DNA from: Octopus bimaculoides
Lineage: Eukaryota
Length of the DNA: 64,000 nucleotides
Assembly (NCBI RefSeq): GCF_001194135.2
Contig: NC_068984.1
Coordinates: forward strand, 28,345,164-28,409,163
Direction of reading: 5' to 3'
In this document: positions 25,720 to 38,822 of the stretch, piece by piece
How positions within the stretch are numbered: the stretch's first letter is position 1
Layout: the number at the start of each line of letters is the position of its first letter
Made by a program: the position numbers and the translations under genes
Notes under the pieces: generated by a model
What the model saw: the letters and a program-made list of their open reading frames with translations, nothing else
What the model was told of the DNA's origin: nothing
The model's database searches: none

Positions 25720-26033
25720 CTTTGCGCCCTTTTAAAGCCTAGCCAGGCTCATGGGCCCGGTTTCCCGGTTTCTATGGCATATGTGCTCCCCCCCCCTCCT
25801 AGCTGGATGGGATGCTAGTCCATCGCAGCATTACTCAAGAAACAGGAAGAAAGAGTGAGAGAAAGCTGGGGCAAAAGAGTACAACAGGGGTCACCACCAC
25901 CCCCTGCTGGAGCCTCGTGGAGCTTTAGGTGTTTTCGCTGAATAAACACACACAACGCCCGGTCTGGGAATCGAAACTGTGATCCTCCGACTGTGAGTCC
26001 ACTGCCCTAACCACTGGGCCATCGCGCCTCCAC
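25720..26033 (-). mobile_element. tRNA-derived SINE family C
   Basis: Minus-strand head gtggaggcgcgatggcccagtggttagggc (A box) ... gtttcgattccc (B box). Confidence 0.8.
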
Positions 26034-26540
26034 ATCTAGTAACTATGTCTAGATAAATTGTTTTGTTACATGACTGTGTTAAGTCTGTTAGTAACATTGC
26101 TGGTAACTTTGGATGACCACTTTATTTTGTGAATGAGTTGCGATTAGCCATTATTTTAAATGTATGGTGATTGTGACTGACCATTATGTAATGTATCAGA
26201 TGCTTGTGACAAGACACTTTGCTATACATGCTTCCATTGTAACAAATTTGTTAACTAAGAGCCAGATAATAATCATTATTATCTAATGACTATTATCTAA
26301 TCACTATTATCTGATTATTATTACTATTGATTATTGTGTGATAATGGAAGAGGCAGAAATTTTACAATCATTGATTGAAATTCTTTTCACTGTACAATAT
26401 AGGATGTAATGTGTAATGTTTATGTAAGAATACTATGACATCTAGTGAAAATTAGTTTGGATTTAAAACTAAGGAGAATATTTGATGAGATATTAGTTGA
26501 TTGCAATTCCAAACCTCTCTGTATTCTTTTTGTGCTTTCT

Positions 26541-26870
26541 GTAGTCTCATGGCTCAGTGGTTAGAGTGCAGGTTCACAATCACGAGGTATTGGGTTCGAT
26601 TTCCAGACTAGACTGTGCAAGACACTTTATTTCACATTGCTCCAGTTCACTCAAGCCGTAGAAATGAGTTGTGATGTCACTGGTGCCAAGCTATATTGGC
26701 CTTTGCCTTTCCCTTGGGCAGCATCAGTGGTGTGGAGAGGGGAGGGTGGTATGTATGAGTAACTGCTGGTCTTCCATACACAACCTTGCCTGGACTTGTG
26801 CCTTGGAGGGGAGCGTTAAAGGTTCAATCCCATGGTCATTCATGACTAAAGGGGGTGTTTACCCTTTTAC
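26541..26870 (+). mobile_element. tRNA-derived SINE family D
   Basis: tggctcagtgg (A box), gggttcgatttcc (B box), caagacactttatttcacattgctccagttcactc core. Confidence 0.75.
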
Positions 26871-27122
26871 TCATGTTACGTGTTCTCTTAAACATCAGGG
26901 TAGTTCCATTTCTGATTGCATGCGTAAAAAGGTACTTAAAAGAAGAAAGACTAAATATGTTTAGAGACATTTTGTGGAATTCATAATAAGTGCAGGTGGG
27001 TTATTGACAAAATCAAAGAATAAAGGACAGCACCTCTGACATTTTATCAGGACAACAATACTGATGAAACGAAAAAAGGAAGTTATTCTCAGACTGAATT
27101 CTTACTCCTATATGAATTCACA

Positions 27123-27338
27123 AAGGGCCAGGTACAGGTATTAAATCAGATTGGACCACAAGGGCCAGGTACAGGTATTAAATCAGATTGGACCACAAGG
27201 GCCAAGTACAGGTATTAAATCAGATTGGACCACGAGGACCAGGTAGAGGTGGTAAATCAGATTGGACCACAAGGGCCAGGTACAGGTATTAAATCAGATT
27301 GGACCACAAGGGTCAGGTACAGGTATTAAATCAGATTG
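27123..27338. repeat. 37-bp minisatellite, about 5.8 copies
   Basis: Unit aagggccaggtacaggtattaaatcagattggaccac, head-to-tail with no spacers; the 4th copy is diverged. Confidence 0.95.
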
Positions 27339-27349
27339 AATAATGGATT

Positions 27350-27802
27350 CTTTTACCTTTTATCTTTTCCTTGTTTCAGTCACTAGACTGCAACCATGCT
27401 TGGCCAACACCTTGAACAGCCTTTAGTTGAATGAGTTGACCCCAATACTTTTTTTTTAAGCCTGGCACTTATTCTATCAGTTCCTTTTGCTGAACTGCTA
27501 TGTTACAGGGACATAAACACACCAATACCAGTTGTGAAGTTGTGGTGGAGGACAAACACAAAGACACAGATATGCACACACACACACGCACACACACACA
27601 TACACACACACACACACATACATACATACACATATATACAATGGGTTGTTTTTAGTTTCTATTTACCAAATCCACTCACAAGACTTAGGTCAGCCCAAGG
27701 CTATAGCAGAAGACACTTGCCCATGGTGTTATGCTGTGGGACTGATCCTGGAACTATGTGGCTGGGAAGCAAGCTTCTTACTACACAGTTATACCTGTGT
27801 CT
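27350..27802 (-). mobile_element. SINE family A, full length, diverged
   Basis: Reverse complement of family A with (CA)n core. Confidence 0.8.
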
Positions 27803-27983
27803 GTGAAAGTTAAAATAAATTGGGAAGAGTAGGGAAGGATCTTCCATAGCCATACTAATTTTAATTTAATTTTATAGATTATGGACATAAATAAAGTAAG
27901 AATTTACAAAAAAACAAAAAACGAAGACGGGTGTGTAAACAACAAACAAATGTATTAGTTTAACACTCGGGAAGTGAGAAAGT

Positions 27984-28019
27984 CTTTTACGTTTCAAGCC
28001 CACGCTCTTTGACAGAAAG
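27984..28019 (-). ncRNA. minimal type I hammerhead-like motif with mutated core
   Basis: CUUU-CUGUCAA-A-GAGC-GUGG-GCUU-GAAA-CG-UA-AAAG; stems I and II and palindromic ACGU stem III intact, but CUGANGA reads CUGUCAA. Confidence 0.55.
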
Positions 28020-29901
28020 GAACACAGAAATAAACAGGGAGAGAAGATAAAAAAAGGTATAGTGGCTAGCGATTTATCATGGCAAATGCCGGACAGAGGG
28101 GTCACACAGGAGAGCTAGGAAGAAGGGGAGATAATAAAGTAGTGGAGATGATAATGTAGTGGTGATCCCAAAATGAAGGTGCACGTGTGTGTGGAAGGGG
28201 GCTGGTGACATTGACGTGTGCATGTGTAGGTGTGTGGATGCTGGGAAGTGGTCAGTGCTAGTGTGTGTGGGGTCGTGCGATGTGGTGTTGGAGTGTGGGG
28301 GAAGCAAGAGTGGAGTCTAAATATATAAAGTAAACTGACTATAATTAGAATGCGAAGATGGGTCAGTATTTCTGATGAAGTGACCTGAACTAATTACACC
28401 AAACTTATTTTATGATATACAAGAAAAGTAATGAAGTAATTTATGTGGAATAACGCATGATAAGCAACACTAATTGTTCCTGTGGCATTTTAACTAAATA
28501 TATATTTACTCTTGCAGTCTATTATTCATCATTGTAAGCTTTCTTTGTTTTAACAAAAATTTATATTGAATGTGAACATGTTGGATTGATAGATTTAGTG
28601 GAAAGGTGAGCAAAATGTCATGTATTTGGTTACAGCTCTTTACAGCCTGAATACTAATCTTAAGTGTGTTATCGTCTTTCATTCTTGTGGGACCATTAAA
28701 ATATGCATTGCTGAAACACTGGCATCAATATAATTGATAACGCTAATCCCACAAAATGAAGAAACTTATTTTTGTGATAGGAATTCATATTAAATGTCCA
28801 TCAAATGTCCATCGTTTTTATATTATATCTAATTTTCCATATTTTTTCATGATAATTTATTTTCTTCTAATACAAAAACATGATCTCTTTCTTATTATTT
28901 CAAGTTTATATCAATTATTATATGCAAGAAACTGTGCATTCCAAACAAAACAACCACATTACTGTGAATAAATGAAATTATTTTAATATATCAAGTTCTT
29001 TGTGTGTGTAGAAGAGAAGACAATATTAGCTTACTAACAATAGAGTTAGTTGCTTGTATTCTCTTCATTTGTAGTTTCTCTTCACTTATCTCTAACTTCA
29101 GCAAGCAGTAAATAGATGGAAATGTTAGCAAAATCTATGGCTTAAACCAGGGAGGTGCCGCCTGGGTAGGCAAGGTAGAATAAAATAGATCAATAGTAAT
29201 ATTTTCCTTTTATGGCAAAATATGCACCTAATTCAATAAAAGTATGAAGTTTATTCTGATTACTATGCATAAAATACAGGCATAATTTGCCTCTGCCTTT
29301 CAATCTCTCTTGTAGTAAGCAACAGATGAGGGTTATGCAACTTTTTGCTAAACAATTTGCACAGATGACATGTTTATTATGATCAAATGTTTAAGTTGTA
29401 TATTTTTTCCCTCCCTTCATTGAACCAACATTGTCTGTACATGTGTACTGGGTGCCACATCATTAGAGGTTGAAGTGTTTGCAAAGCAAGAAGAAATGTG
29501 GTGTTTTACTGAAGAACACAGGAATATGCCACCTGGTCCGGGAATCAACCACAACCCTTGGGATCATGAGCGCAACACTGAAACCACTGTGTGACAAGCC
29601 CTCATAAATTCACACATACATACATACACATACGCACACACAAACATATATACATACATACATTCATTCATACATACATACATTCATACATACATACATC
29701 TGCCTTTCAGTTGGATTTCAGCTAAGAACCTTTATTTTTAATGCAAGGTTTTATTGCTTTTATACATTATGCACATTTCAGTAGGATTAAATTAATAGTT
29801 AACAAACAAAAACAGGCTAAGCTGGCACAACAGTTAATCTCAAAGCAATTAGACTTTCCTTGAAATTGATCAATTTTATCTATTTTCAATTTATCTTCCA
29901 G

Positions 29902-29935
29902 CATCTGTGAATTATTGAGTATGATTAGGAATTAG
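29902..29935 (+). other. candidate 34-nt non-coding exon
   Basis: Acceptor ttttcaatttatcttccag and donor TAG|GTGAGC; stops in all three frames. Confidence 0.3.
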
Positions 29936-32900
29936 GTGAGCATTTTATAGTTGTTGTTTTTGTTGGTGTTTCTTCTGTTGTTATTGTTTCTGATAATGCT
30001 GAATAGCCCTAATTACCACTGCTCCTACCGAGCAAGCTGTCTAAGAAGTTAAATGATGCTGAAAAAATGAATCGGATTGTGTCTTGAATTTTATTGCTGC
30101 ATAAGAAATTATAAGATGTAAAACTACATCGATGAACTGTAGCTAGCTCAAGTTCCCCCACTGCGCTAACTTCAAGAAGAATATTCTTCTCTTCCTTCTA
30201 AACACATTATATAAAGGACACATTTGCAGTGGAGTACTGTGGGTTACAAAACATCAGATATAAATTGCATTCATTCTGAATACTAATTATATATGATCTT
30301 TTTCCAATTCTGAAATTTGGCACAAACCCAAGTGTATTCGGTCATGAGCAGAGAAAGAAAGAGGAGAGCCAAGACAGTTGATAAGCATGGTAACTAGTAC
30401 ACTTGATTGACTCATTAGTATCAATACTAATTTAAATCTGGCCCCAATAATGTAGCAGGAAGTATGGTGGAATAGAATGATTTACTTAATGTTGATTGGG
30501 ATCCAACAGCAACAAGCAGAACTAAAAATTCAGTGAGAGAAAATGTTGTCATAGATTTTTATCTCTTCTAAGTATTTAAGTGTCCACAACAAAATCTTAA
30601 TGCTATTAACAAACTTTCTATTTTTCTATTGAGAACATGAATGGTGCGTTTTGTGCTTTGCTTTTTTTTATGTTTTTATAAACTTGTTTACGTTCTTAAT
30701 GTGAGGGGATTTAATATAAGCAATATCGACCACCAAACTATCCATTTTTATTACCTCTTTATATGTTACATTACAATCAGAACCAGTCATACATTTGTGG
30801 TAGGCATGTTGCATATAAAATAAATTAAATTCAAAATAAAGAGGGCTCAAGGACAATGTTTCCCAACAAGTGAATGCAGGTCTGCTGGGGGCAGCAGTGG
30901 GGATTGCAAATGGAACAGTCATTGCCATAAAATTAAGATGTTTTTTTGTTGACTTTCTAAACTTCTCCACCATCATTACAGATAAGTAGTATTTTATTGA
31001 TGCCAAATCACTTTTGCTTACACATTAATGAAGTGTATGGAAGAGCAATGATGTCACTTACATTGGAGATGGATGCATTAACAGAATTGTTAGAAAAATT
31101 GCTTTGCTGTGTTTATTCTGGTTCTTTATGTCGTGAGCTCAAGCCCTGCTGAGGACAACTTTGCCTTTCATCCTTTCAGAATCAATAAAATACTGATAGT
31201 ATTGATGAGATTGATAGTATTGGCTAAAAGCTCTTTCTCCAAAATTGCTGGCCTTGTGCCTAATCTAGTTGGTTGGTTGGTTGATGTTTATTAGTTTGAG
31301 AAACACTGCTGTAACATAGTTTTTTTTTTTTTTTGATTTGTATTTGATGTTATAACCAAAAAGAGTTAATTAATTAAAATTTTTAATCTTAATTAAAATT
31401 TCTGAGCTTACTATATCAAGTATAATAAAACTCAATTTTAGGCTTTCATGCAGTCTGGATTCATATGTTTTACACCAATCATTCTCCAGATGAGATGAAA
31501 TTCAGAGCTTTATTAATGACTATTCAGTTATGTGGCAAATATTTCAGGCATCTGAACTTGTTCGACAGAGTTAGATGGTTTTACTCGTTCAGATATTTCC
31601 TTAATCTCTAAAGAATTGGTCTAGATATTGCTAGATGTTAATAATGATTTAAACTGCCACCTAAAAGAATAATGGTTTATATGCAATCCAAAGCATCACA
31701 CTGTTACTTTCCAATAACTCAGTCTATTAAACTGAAAATTATTTGCATGAGTAGCCATAGCTTGCCACAGAAAGCAGAGGTACTCAGTAAAGCTGAGTGC
31801 TTCATTAGGTAACTGGGTTTAAATCTTCTAATGAGCTGAGAGTAAGCAATCAGGATTTTTCACCCTAGTGTGATTTTCTCAAGAGATCTTAAATGGATTT
31901 GTAATTACAAAAAAGCCATGTCCCAATGGTAGAAACCAAGGAGTAACTGTGAATAATTTCTCATAGGACACCATTTGCATGGAGAACATTTAGTTAAGTA
32001 TGCAAGAACATATTTAATGTAGTGTGCTAAAAAGAATCATTAATTAATTGAAACTGCATCATAATGAGGAGAAAAGTCATTAGCATTAATAACACTTCTT
32101 AATAATGATGCAGGAGAGAGGAGAGAACTTAACAAATTAAAGTGATGAAGGTATTGTGCTCTTTTCAGGCAAATAACCTGAGCTAAACAGAGTTATAACG
32201 AAAGTTTACTTCAAGGCAGACAATGAAGAAATGTAAACTAAGAAATTGTGTATGCTAGTGATTTGATTATTAAGCTTAAAAATATAGCTTCATGCTTCAT
32301 CAGCAAAAATACTAATAGTTATCACAATCACAATCATTCATGAAATTGGTGCTTGATAAATCACCTGTTTTAATACTTAAATTGCTTCTTCAGTAGGGTG
32401 CAGAGATTGATGCATGCTTGAACATTTTGCCTCTGTAACTAAATGGTATTTGATCCTGCTGTTCAACACCTTGAGTAAATATTTTCTATCTTATCCTTAT
32501 GTTATCAAAAGATTTGTGAGAGAAACCTAGTAGACAGAAACTATGTAAGAACCCATTATAGTGACTGTTCCTGTTCTTGGGTGGTAGACTTAATCCAACA
32601 CCAAGTTTAACACTACCAATTGTTTTGGGGGGAAGGGGTGCCAATAGTGGAGTCCACTCTGTTGCAAGTGTTCAGGTTAACTGCCTTTCTTTGCATAAAT
32701 TTCAGAAACTCTAAAAAGGGACATTACTTCACTAATTAAATGTTATTTTATTGGATCGGCAAGAAGCAAAACTGGCTGAAATTCTTGAGTTTCATTATGC
32801 GCAGACGCAGCTAAATTATCAGTAGGCCAATTTGATTAAAGACTTACAACAACAAACAATATATGGCAGATGGAATATGATCTTTCAATTAGCCAGCTCA

Positions 32901-34113
32901 AATGGACATGTTGTAGATTTTTTAAGGCCAGACGCCAAACGTCACCTGTTTCCAAATTAGCAATATTTCTCCATGGTTTTCACAATAGATTGGAAATGAA
33001 GGATACTGTTATATGATGGTGACACTTATTTACAACTATCGTATAATGTCAAGAGAAAGAGACAACTTACAGACATACACTTACACATGTGCATACACAT
33101 GAACATATGCGTGCATGTATGTGTGTGTGTGTGTGTGTGTGTGTGCTCCTTTCAGTTTTTGTCTACCAAATCCACTCTCAAAGTTGTGGCCAGCTCAGAA
33201 CTACAGAAGACACTTGCCCAAAATGACACACAGCAGGACTGAACTTGGAACCATGTGGGTGGGAAGCTAGCTTCTCAATAACATTATATATAGATATATA
33301 ATATATATAGATATATAATATAAATAAGTAATTTTATCAAAGAAGAAAGGCAACACCTGTTATAAATTTAAAATCAGAACTCATAATCTACCTGTTTAAT
33401 ATCTGGACCTTTCAGTTAATTCTTCTGAAGAAGCAATATAATTAAAACTGTATGTGTATGTATTTGTGTGTATGTGACCATAATAATAAAAATTCATATT
33501 AGTTTCTTTTCTTTCATTTCAACTATGTTTATATTCACCAACTCAACATCAAAATGGGAAGTCTTAATATTGCAGTATTTGGTTAAATGAGTAGAATACG
33601 CTTTTATTACAGTTTGATGGATTTTGAAATAGCAACGAAGCCATTGCGAATTAAGTGTAGTGTTTATTTTCAGATACGGAAAACCTGAGCAATAAAATAA
33701 TATAATTTGCCTTACAAATGCAAAGCCTTCAGCTAAGTTAGAACATATAACCTTTACTTCAGCATCTCTGCATTAAAACTGGAATCACCTCACTTTCAAC
33801 TTAATCTCAGTAGGTAAAAAGAAGAAAAAATAAAAAAGAATTAACAAGTAGGTGAAGGGAAGAAGAGAATTAGCAACAAAGATGAAATTTGAAAGAGATA
33901 GTCAACTTACTATTTACTAAAAATGATGCTTGTGTCTCTTAACTTCTGATATCACAGAGGTTTAGAAAATTAGAGGAAGACAAAGATAGCAAAGATAAAA
34001 ATTAGAGAAAAGGAAAAAAAAAATACAAAAATAGAATAAGATGAAAGATAAGCAGAAATGAAAAAGCATGGAGATATTTTCATTTTAGTTGTCTAAAATC
34101 TTTCTCATTTACT

Positions 34114-34145
<32 letters not shown>

Positions 34146-34698
34146 ATTCACAGTCTCTTGCTATCTCTGCCTTTCTTTTAAGAATAACTAGGTTAAGACT
34201 GAAGTGACTGACTGATAAATTCTTTGAACTTGTTTTCCTATCTCTTTCTGGAAAAGAACTCCAGTGGTTCTGATGTATTCTTGTCGAAAACGTGAACACT
34301 TGATTAGACTTGAGTTGTGCAAGAATACAAACGTTGAAATACTTTAGAGAGAGAGAGTCAAACCAAGAGACATAATTTGTTGTCTATGCTATCACAAAGT
34401 ACATGCGTGTATGTGTGCGAGAATGAAATGAATTGTATGCATGTGTCTGTGAGTGTGTCAGTGAGTGTGTGTGTGTGTGTGTGTGTGTGACTTTTGATTC
34501 TATCGTACAGTTACATTGGTCCATCAAGTGGCCATTTTTCTTTAAGAACTGACATTGTCTGTGAGACATATGCATACACACATGCACAAATATATATACA
34601 TCCGTATATGTAGTTATACACACATGCACATATACATATATACACACACATATATGCATATACATATATATATATATATAAATATATATATACACACA

Positions 34699-34730
<32 letters not shown>

Positions 34731-35005
34731 TAAATATATATGAATATATACATATATATGTGTATGTATGTATATATACATATATACACATATATACAGA
34801 TACTTGCACTTAAATGTCTGTAGTTATGTGTGTGTATGTATGTATGCATATATATATATATATATAGATATATATATATATATATAGTAGAAGTTCTAAA
34901 AAGAGATCAGTTGTAGTTTAATACATTGGATTCCATAGAAACTGAGGATCAATGTCTGTGCTTTTACAAGAGTTGGTTATTAGCTCTACAGAAGATAGTA
35001 TCTAT

Positions 35006-35260
35006 AGGCACCGACATGGCTGAGTGGTAAAGAAGCTTGCTTCTCAACTATGTAGTCTTGAGTTGAATTCTACTGCATTGCACCTTGGTTAGATGTTTTC
35101 CATTATAGCTCCAGGCCAACCAAAGCCTTGTGAGTGACTGACTTGATAAATGGAAACTGAAAGAAGCATGTCTCTTGTGATGTATGTATATGCATGTAGG
35201 ATGTTTGTGTGGGGTATTTGTGTATGTGTTTGTGTGTATCCTTGTCTAGACATCATGTGA
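35006..35260 (+). mobile_element. SINE family A 5' part
   Basis: aggcaccgacatggctgagtggtaaagaagcttgc...aaagccttgtgagtg...ggaaactgaaagaagc. Confidence 0.75.
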
Positions 35261-35474
35261 TGGTTGTAAATGTCATGCAAGCGAGGTTGTTCATTTTCCA
35301 GTTTTCCATAAAAAAAAAAAATGTCTGGCTATAAGGAAATATTACCTTGCTCGAAAACTGGTAAGGTTTAGCTGAAGGAATGGCATCAGGCTGTAGAGAA
35401 ACCTACCTCGTAGAGAAGTGACAAGTAACATCAAATAATGATGATGATATAATGTGTGTGTGTGTATACATATA

Positions 35475-35686
35475 TTCTTTTATTTGTTTCAGTCATTTGA
35501 CTGCGGCCATGCTGGAGCACTGCCTTTAGTCAAACAGATCAACCCTAGTACTTATTCTTTGTAAGCCTAGCACTTATTCTATCAGTCACTTTTGCTGAAC
35601 TGCTAAGTTATGAGAACGTAAACATGCCAACATCGGTTGTCAAGCAATGGTGGGGGAACAAGCACAGACACCCAAACATATACATA

Positions 35687-35727
<41 letters not shown>

Positions 35728-35887
35728 GATGGGCTTCTTTCAGTTTCCGCCTACCAAATCCACTCACAAGTCTTTGGTCAGCCTGAGGCTATAGTAGAAG
35801 ACACTTGCCCAAGTTGTCATGCAGTGGGACTGAACCCAGAACCATGTGGTTGGTAAGCAAGCTATTTACCACACAACCACTCCTGTG
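35475..35887 (-). mobile_element. SINE family A, full length
   Basis: Reverse complement of the family A consensus motifs. Confidence 0.85.
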
Positions 35888-36315
35888 ATATATATATATA
35901 TCTAATTATATTTGTTATTGATTAAAGATGATAAAAAAAAGGTATACAGTATTGGAGTAGAGTATAAATAATTTATTTAATACATGAACCAAGAGGGACT
36001 GAAAGTCTGAGTTTTGTGAAGTGCGTAAACACTTCTAAAATATGTTTGAAGCAGCAGTCAGCCATTTTGGTTGAAAGCATATAACTGCAAACAATATGGC
36101 GGACAGAATGTTATTTCTAATTGGTCAGCATAAATTGATGTGACACGAGTAAGGAATATTTCACGTGGATTACAAAAATGAAGCATAAATAATGAAATTC
36201 AGTTAAGTATCAGAGATTGATAATTAAAGGAGGATAACTTACACATGGTTAGTAAGTTTGCAGGCACATAACTTTTTTTCACATCTGTTTATTCTTGTGT
36301 CCATATCAATAATAT

Positions 36316-36524
36316 TGGTTTCAAATTTTGACACAAGGCCAGCAAGTTCAGGGGAGGAGTAAGTCGATAACATCGACCCCGCCCTCATGTTCAACTGGTA
36401 CTTATTTTATCAACCCCAAAAGGATGAAAGACACAATCAGCCTTGGCAGAATTTGAACTCAGAACCTAAAAAGTGAAATGTTGCTAAGTTTTTTGCCCAG
36501 TGTGCTAACAATTTAGCAAGCTCA
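36316..36524 (-). mobile_element. SINE family B
   Basis: Reverse complement of 22374-22605. Confidence 0.75.
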
Positions 36525-37049
36525 CTGCCTTACCATGCCCATAATATTGGTCGTGTTCAATTCATGCATATGTATATTATTGCTCACCCAGAGTGCAATT
36601 GTGGGTAAATAAATGGATGAATACTGAAATGAATGAATGAATAATAAAAGACAAGTAAATATACAGTTGGCTGTGAATGGTAGGTGGTGGACAGCTGGAG
36701 CAATAGTTCGATAAATAGGATAACAAAATAACTGGATATGGTTCATACCTCAACAAAACACATTACCATTGCTGGTATCCATTTAGCATGTGTTGTTTCT
36801 TTTATATTCTCATTTATTTTGAAATACTCAATTTTAGGGTTACAATCACATGCATGTTCATATATATAGTAGAAGTTCTTAACAGAGATCAATTGTAGTT
36901 AATACACTGGATTCCATAGAAATTGAGGATCAACTGTGATTTTACAAGAGTTGGTTATTAACTCTAAAGAAGACAGAATCTATAGGCACATATACATAAA
37001 TTTAGAATTTAGAATGGACTGTCTTCTTGAACAGCAAAAACCTGACAGT

Positions 37050-38010
37050 GTAGCATTAGTTGGACAAAATTGACTGCTTACAATTCAGTCTTTTGAACTC
37101 TCTAATGCTATTCAGAGTTTTACTACAACCAGAATTGTCTCATTTGAAAGTCTCCCTGTCATTTACAAAGACTTTCACAATTCCATTGTACCTTGACATA
37201 TCTGGGGCTACAGATCCCACAAGTACATGACCAATCAATATCATCGTCTATGCTGCAGTTGCTGGAATCTGAGTTGCTGTTATCTGGAGCAGAATCCTTT
37301 ATGTCTGATATCTTATGGCCTAGCCTTTTCCCACTGCAAACCCTAGCCTTTGCAAAGTGTCCATTCTCCCCACAAACTACACATTTTTTGCCTTTTCTTT
37401 CTCATACTCACATTATTCACAGGTAACTCTCTTGTAGATCATATAAGAAGTTTTAATGGAACGTAGGCTCCACTTGCGACATACTGGCTAGTTGCTTGTC
37501 AGTTCTCTCAAGAGTACACCCCAGTCTAATGAGTGTTTCATAATCAGGTCTATCTTGTAGTTGGGCTATCTTCCAAAGGCAGGAGTTTGAGGCTTGCATG
37601 ATGAGAGTATCTCTGACCACACATTTTGGCCTATGGTTCTCCAGTGAGCATCTCATGTTTTGCTGTAAAGCCTGAGGGTACAAGTTCAAAAAATTCTTGC
37701 TTCCCTGAGGTAGAAGAGTTTGTGTATAGGTTATAACTGATTTGTGATCACTTTCAAATCATCCTTGATGTTTTCTTTGGCTTGGCTGAAAGAATCTTCT
37801 GTTTTGACTTTGCCACCAGGGCTGAAGGGAGTCATGGAATCATCACCATTCAATATCTATACAAGACCTTTCGTTTAAGCATAAGAGGCTACATCTTCTG
37901 TAACGAATATCAATTACACTCACTTTACATATTTCTCCAGTCTTTCTAGTGTCTTGGTGGCACTGGTGTCTTTGGAGAATGGCTCCAGTGTCCCATACAG
38001 AATATTTACT
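37050..38010 (-). pseudogene. Gypsy/Ty3-type LTR retrotransposon gag-protease relic
   Basis: Frameshifted translation: LEPFSKD..TLERLEKYV, RDTLIMQ..LIRLGCTLE, CCHC knuckle CVVCGENGHFAKARVC (37383-37336) and a protease-like VKVFVNDRETFK*DNSGCSKTL (DNSG region 37139-37113). Confidence 0.75.
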
Positions 38011-38469
38011 GCTATATCTATCTAAGAACAGTTCAAAAACTCATTGCCAGATGGAATGTCTTCTTTGCTGGTAGGATCAGATTCACACTAAAGAGCAATG
38101 ACCTACTAGACAGCCATCCTAGAAAAATAATCTATAGATTAAAGGATAACACAATGAACAATTTGTCAAAGTCTGAATTATAATGTACCATGGGGAACCT
38201 CACAGCAAGAAACTCTTTCCATCATCTGCATTACAAAAGACCACCATTTATATCCCACCACTGTTCCTGTCATGTGCTATTAAGTGTTCTGCAGGGGGAA
38301 ATAATTCCTTATAAAAAAAAAAAAAAACCTGTAGAACATCACAACTACATTTTTATAAGGACACATATGCAAATACATATTTCTATATTTTTATTCCATT
38401 TTATATAGTAATATTCAAATATATATTTCTGTATCTTATTTCTCCTTCTTTGACTTTGCTTTATCAGCC

Positions 38470-38822
38470 ATTCACTTCTGTGTTCAGGTGAAAACCTTGC
38501 TTGTTTTCTTCTCCCTACATTTAAGGATTCAGGATGCATTTTCGTCATAAAATACTTTTGGAGTATTACCCAAAATGTCCATTGAAATTACCAGCCATGA
38601 GAAGATCTTTGTCATCCATAATCAAGGTAATCTGCAGAAGAGCATGTAGAAATGGTCCATCAGTTCTTCTACTTGTCCAGCTTGTGGAGCATGTGCCAAG
38701 ATTAATGTTATTGTTGTATAATCTAATACAAATCTTAGCTGAACAATCGCACACATTCTGACTATCTTGAGCACTTTATCTGCCCATTTCTCTGCCAAGC
38801 ATATATCTACATCATCCATCAC
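38470..38822 (-). mobile_element. RTE-type LINE apurinic endonuclease fragment
   Basis: DICLAEKWADKVLKIVR..ILAHAPQAG..HFY and DLLMAGNFNGHFG (AYAP and GDFN motifs), frameshifted. Confidence 0.8.

Noticed and set aside
25990-26033. tRNA gene candidates here and at 26541 and 52716
   Set aside because: A and B boxes are present but followed by SINE bodies, with no complete cloverleaf.
27055-27080. CTGATGAAACGAAA as a hammerhead core
   Set aside because: No stem II and no stem I or III pairing in the flanks.
27123-27338. CRISPR-like 37-bp repeats
   Set aside because: Units are directly adjacent with no unique spacers, and the context is eukaryotic; this is a minisatellite.
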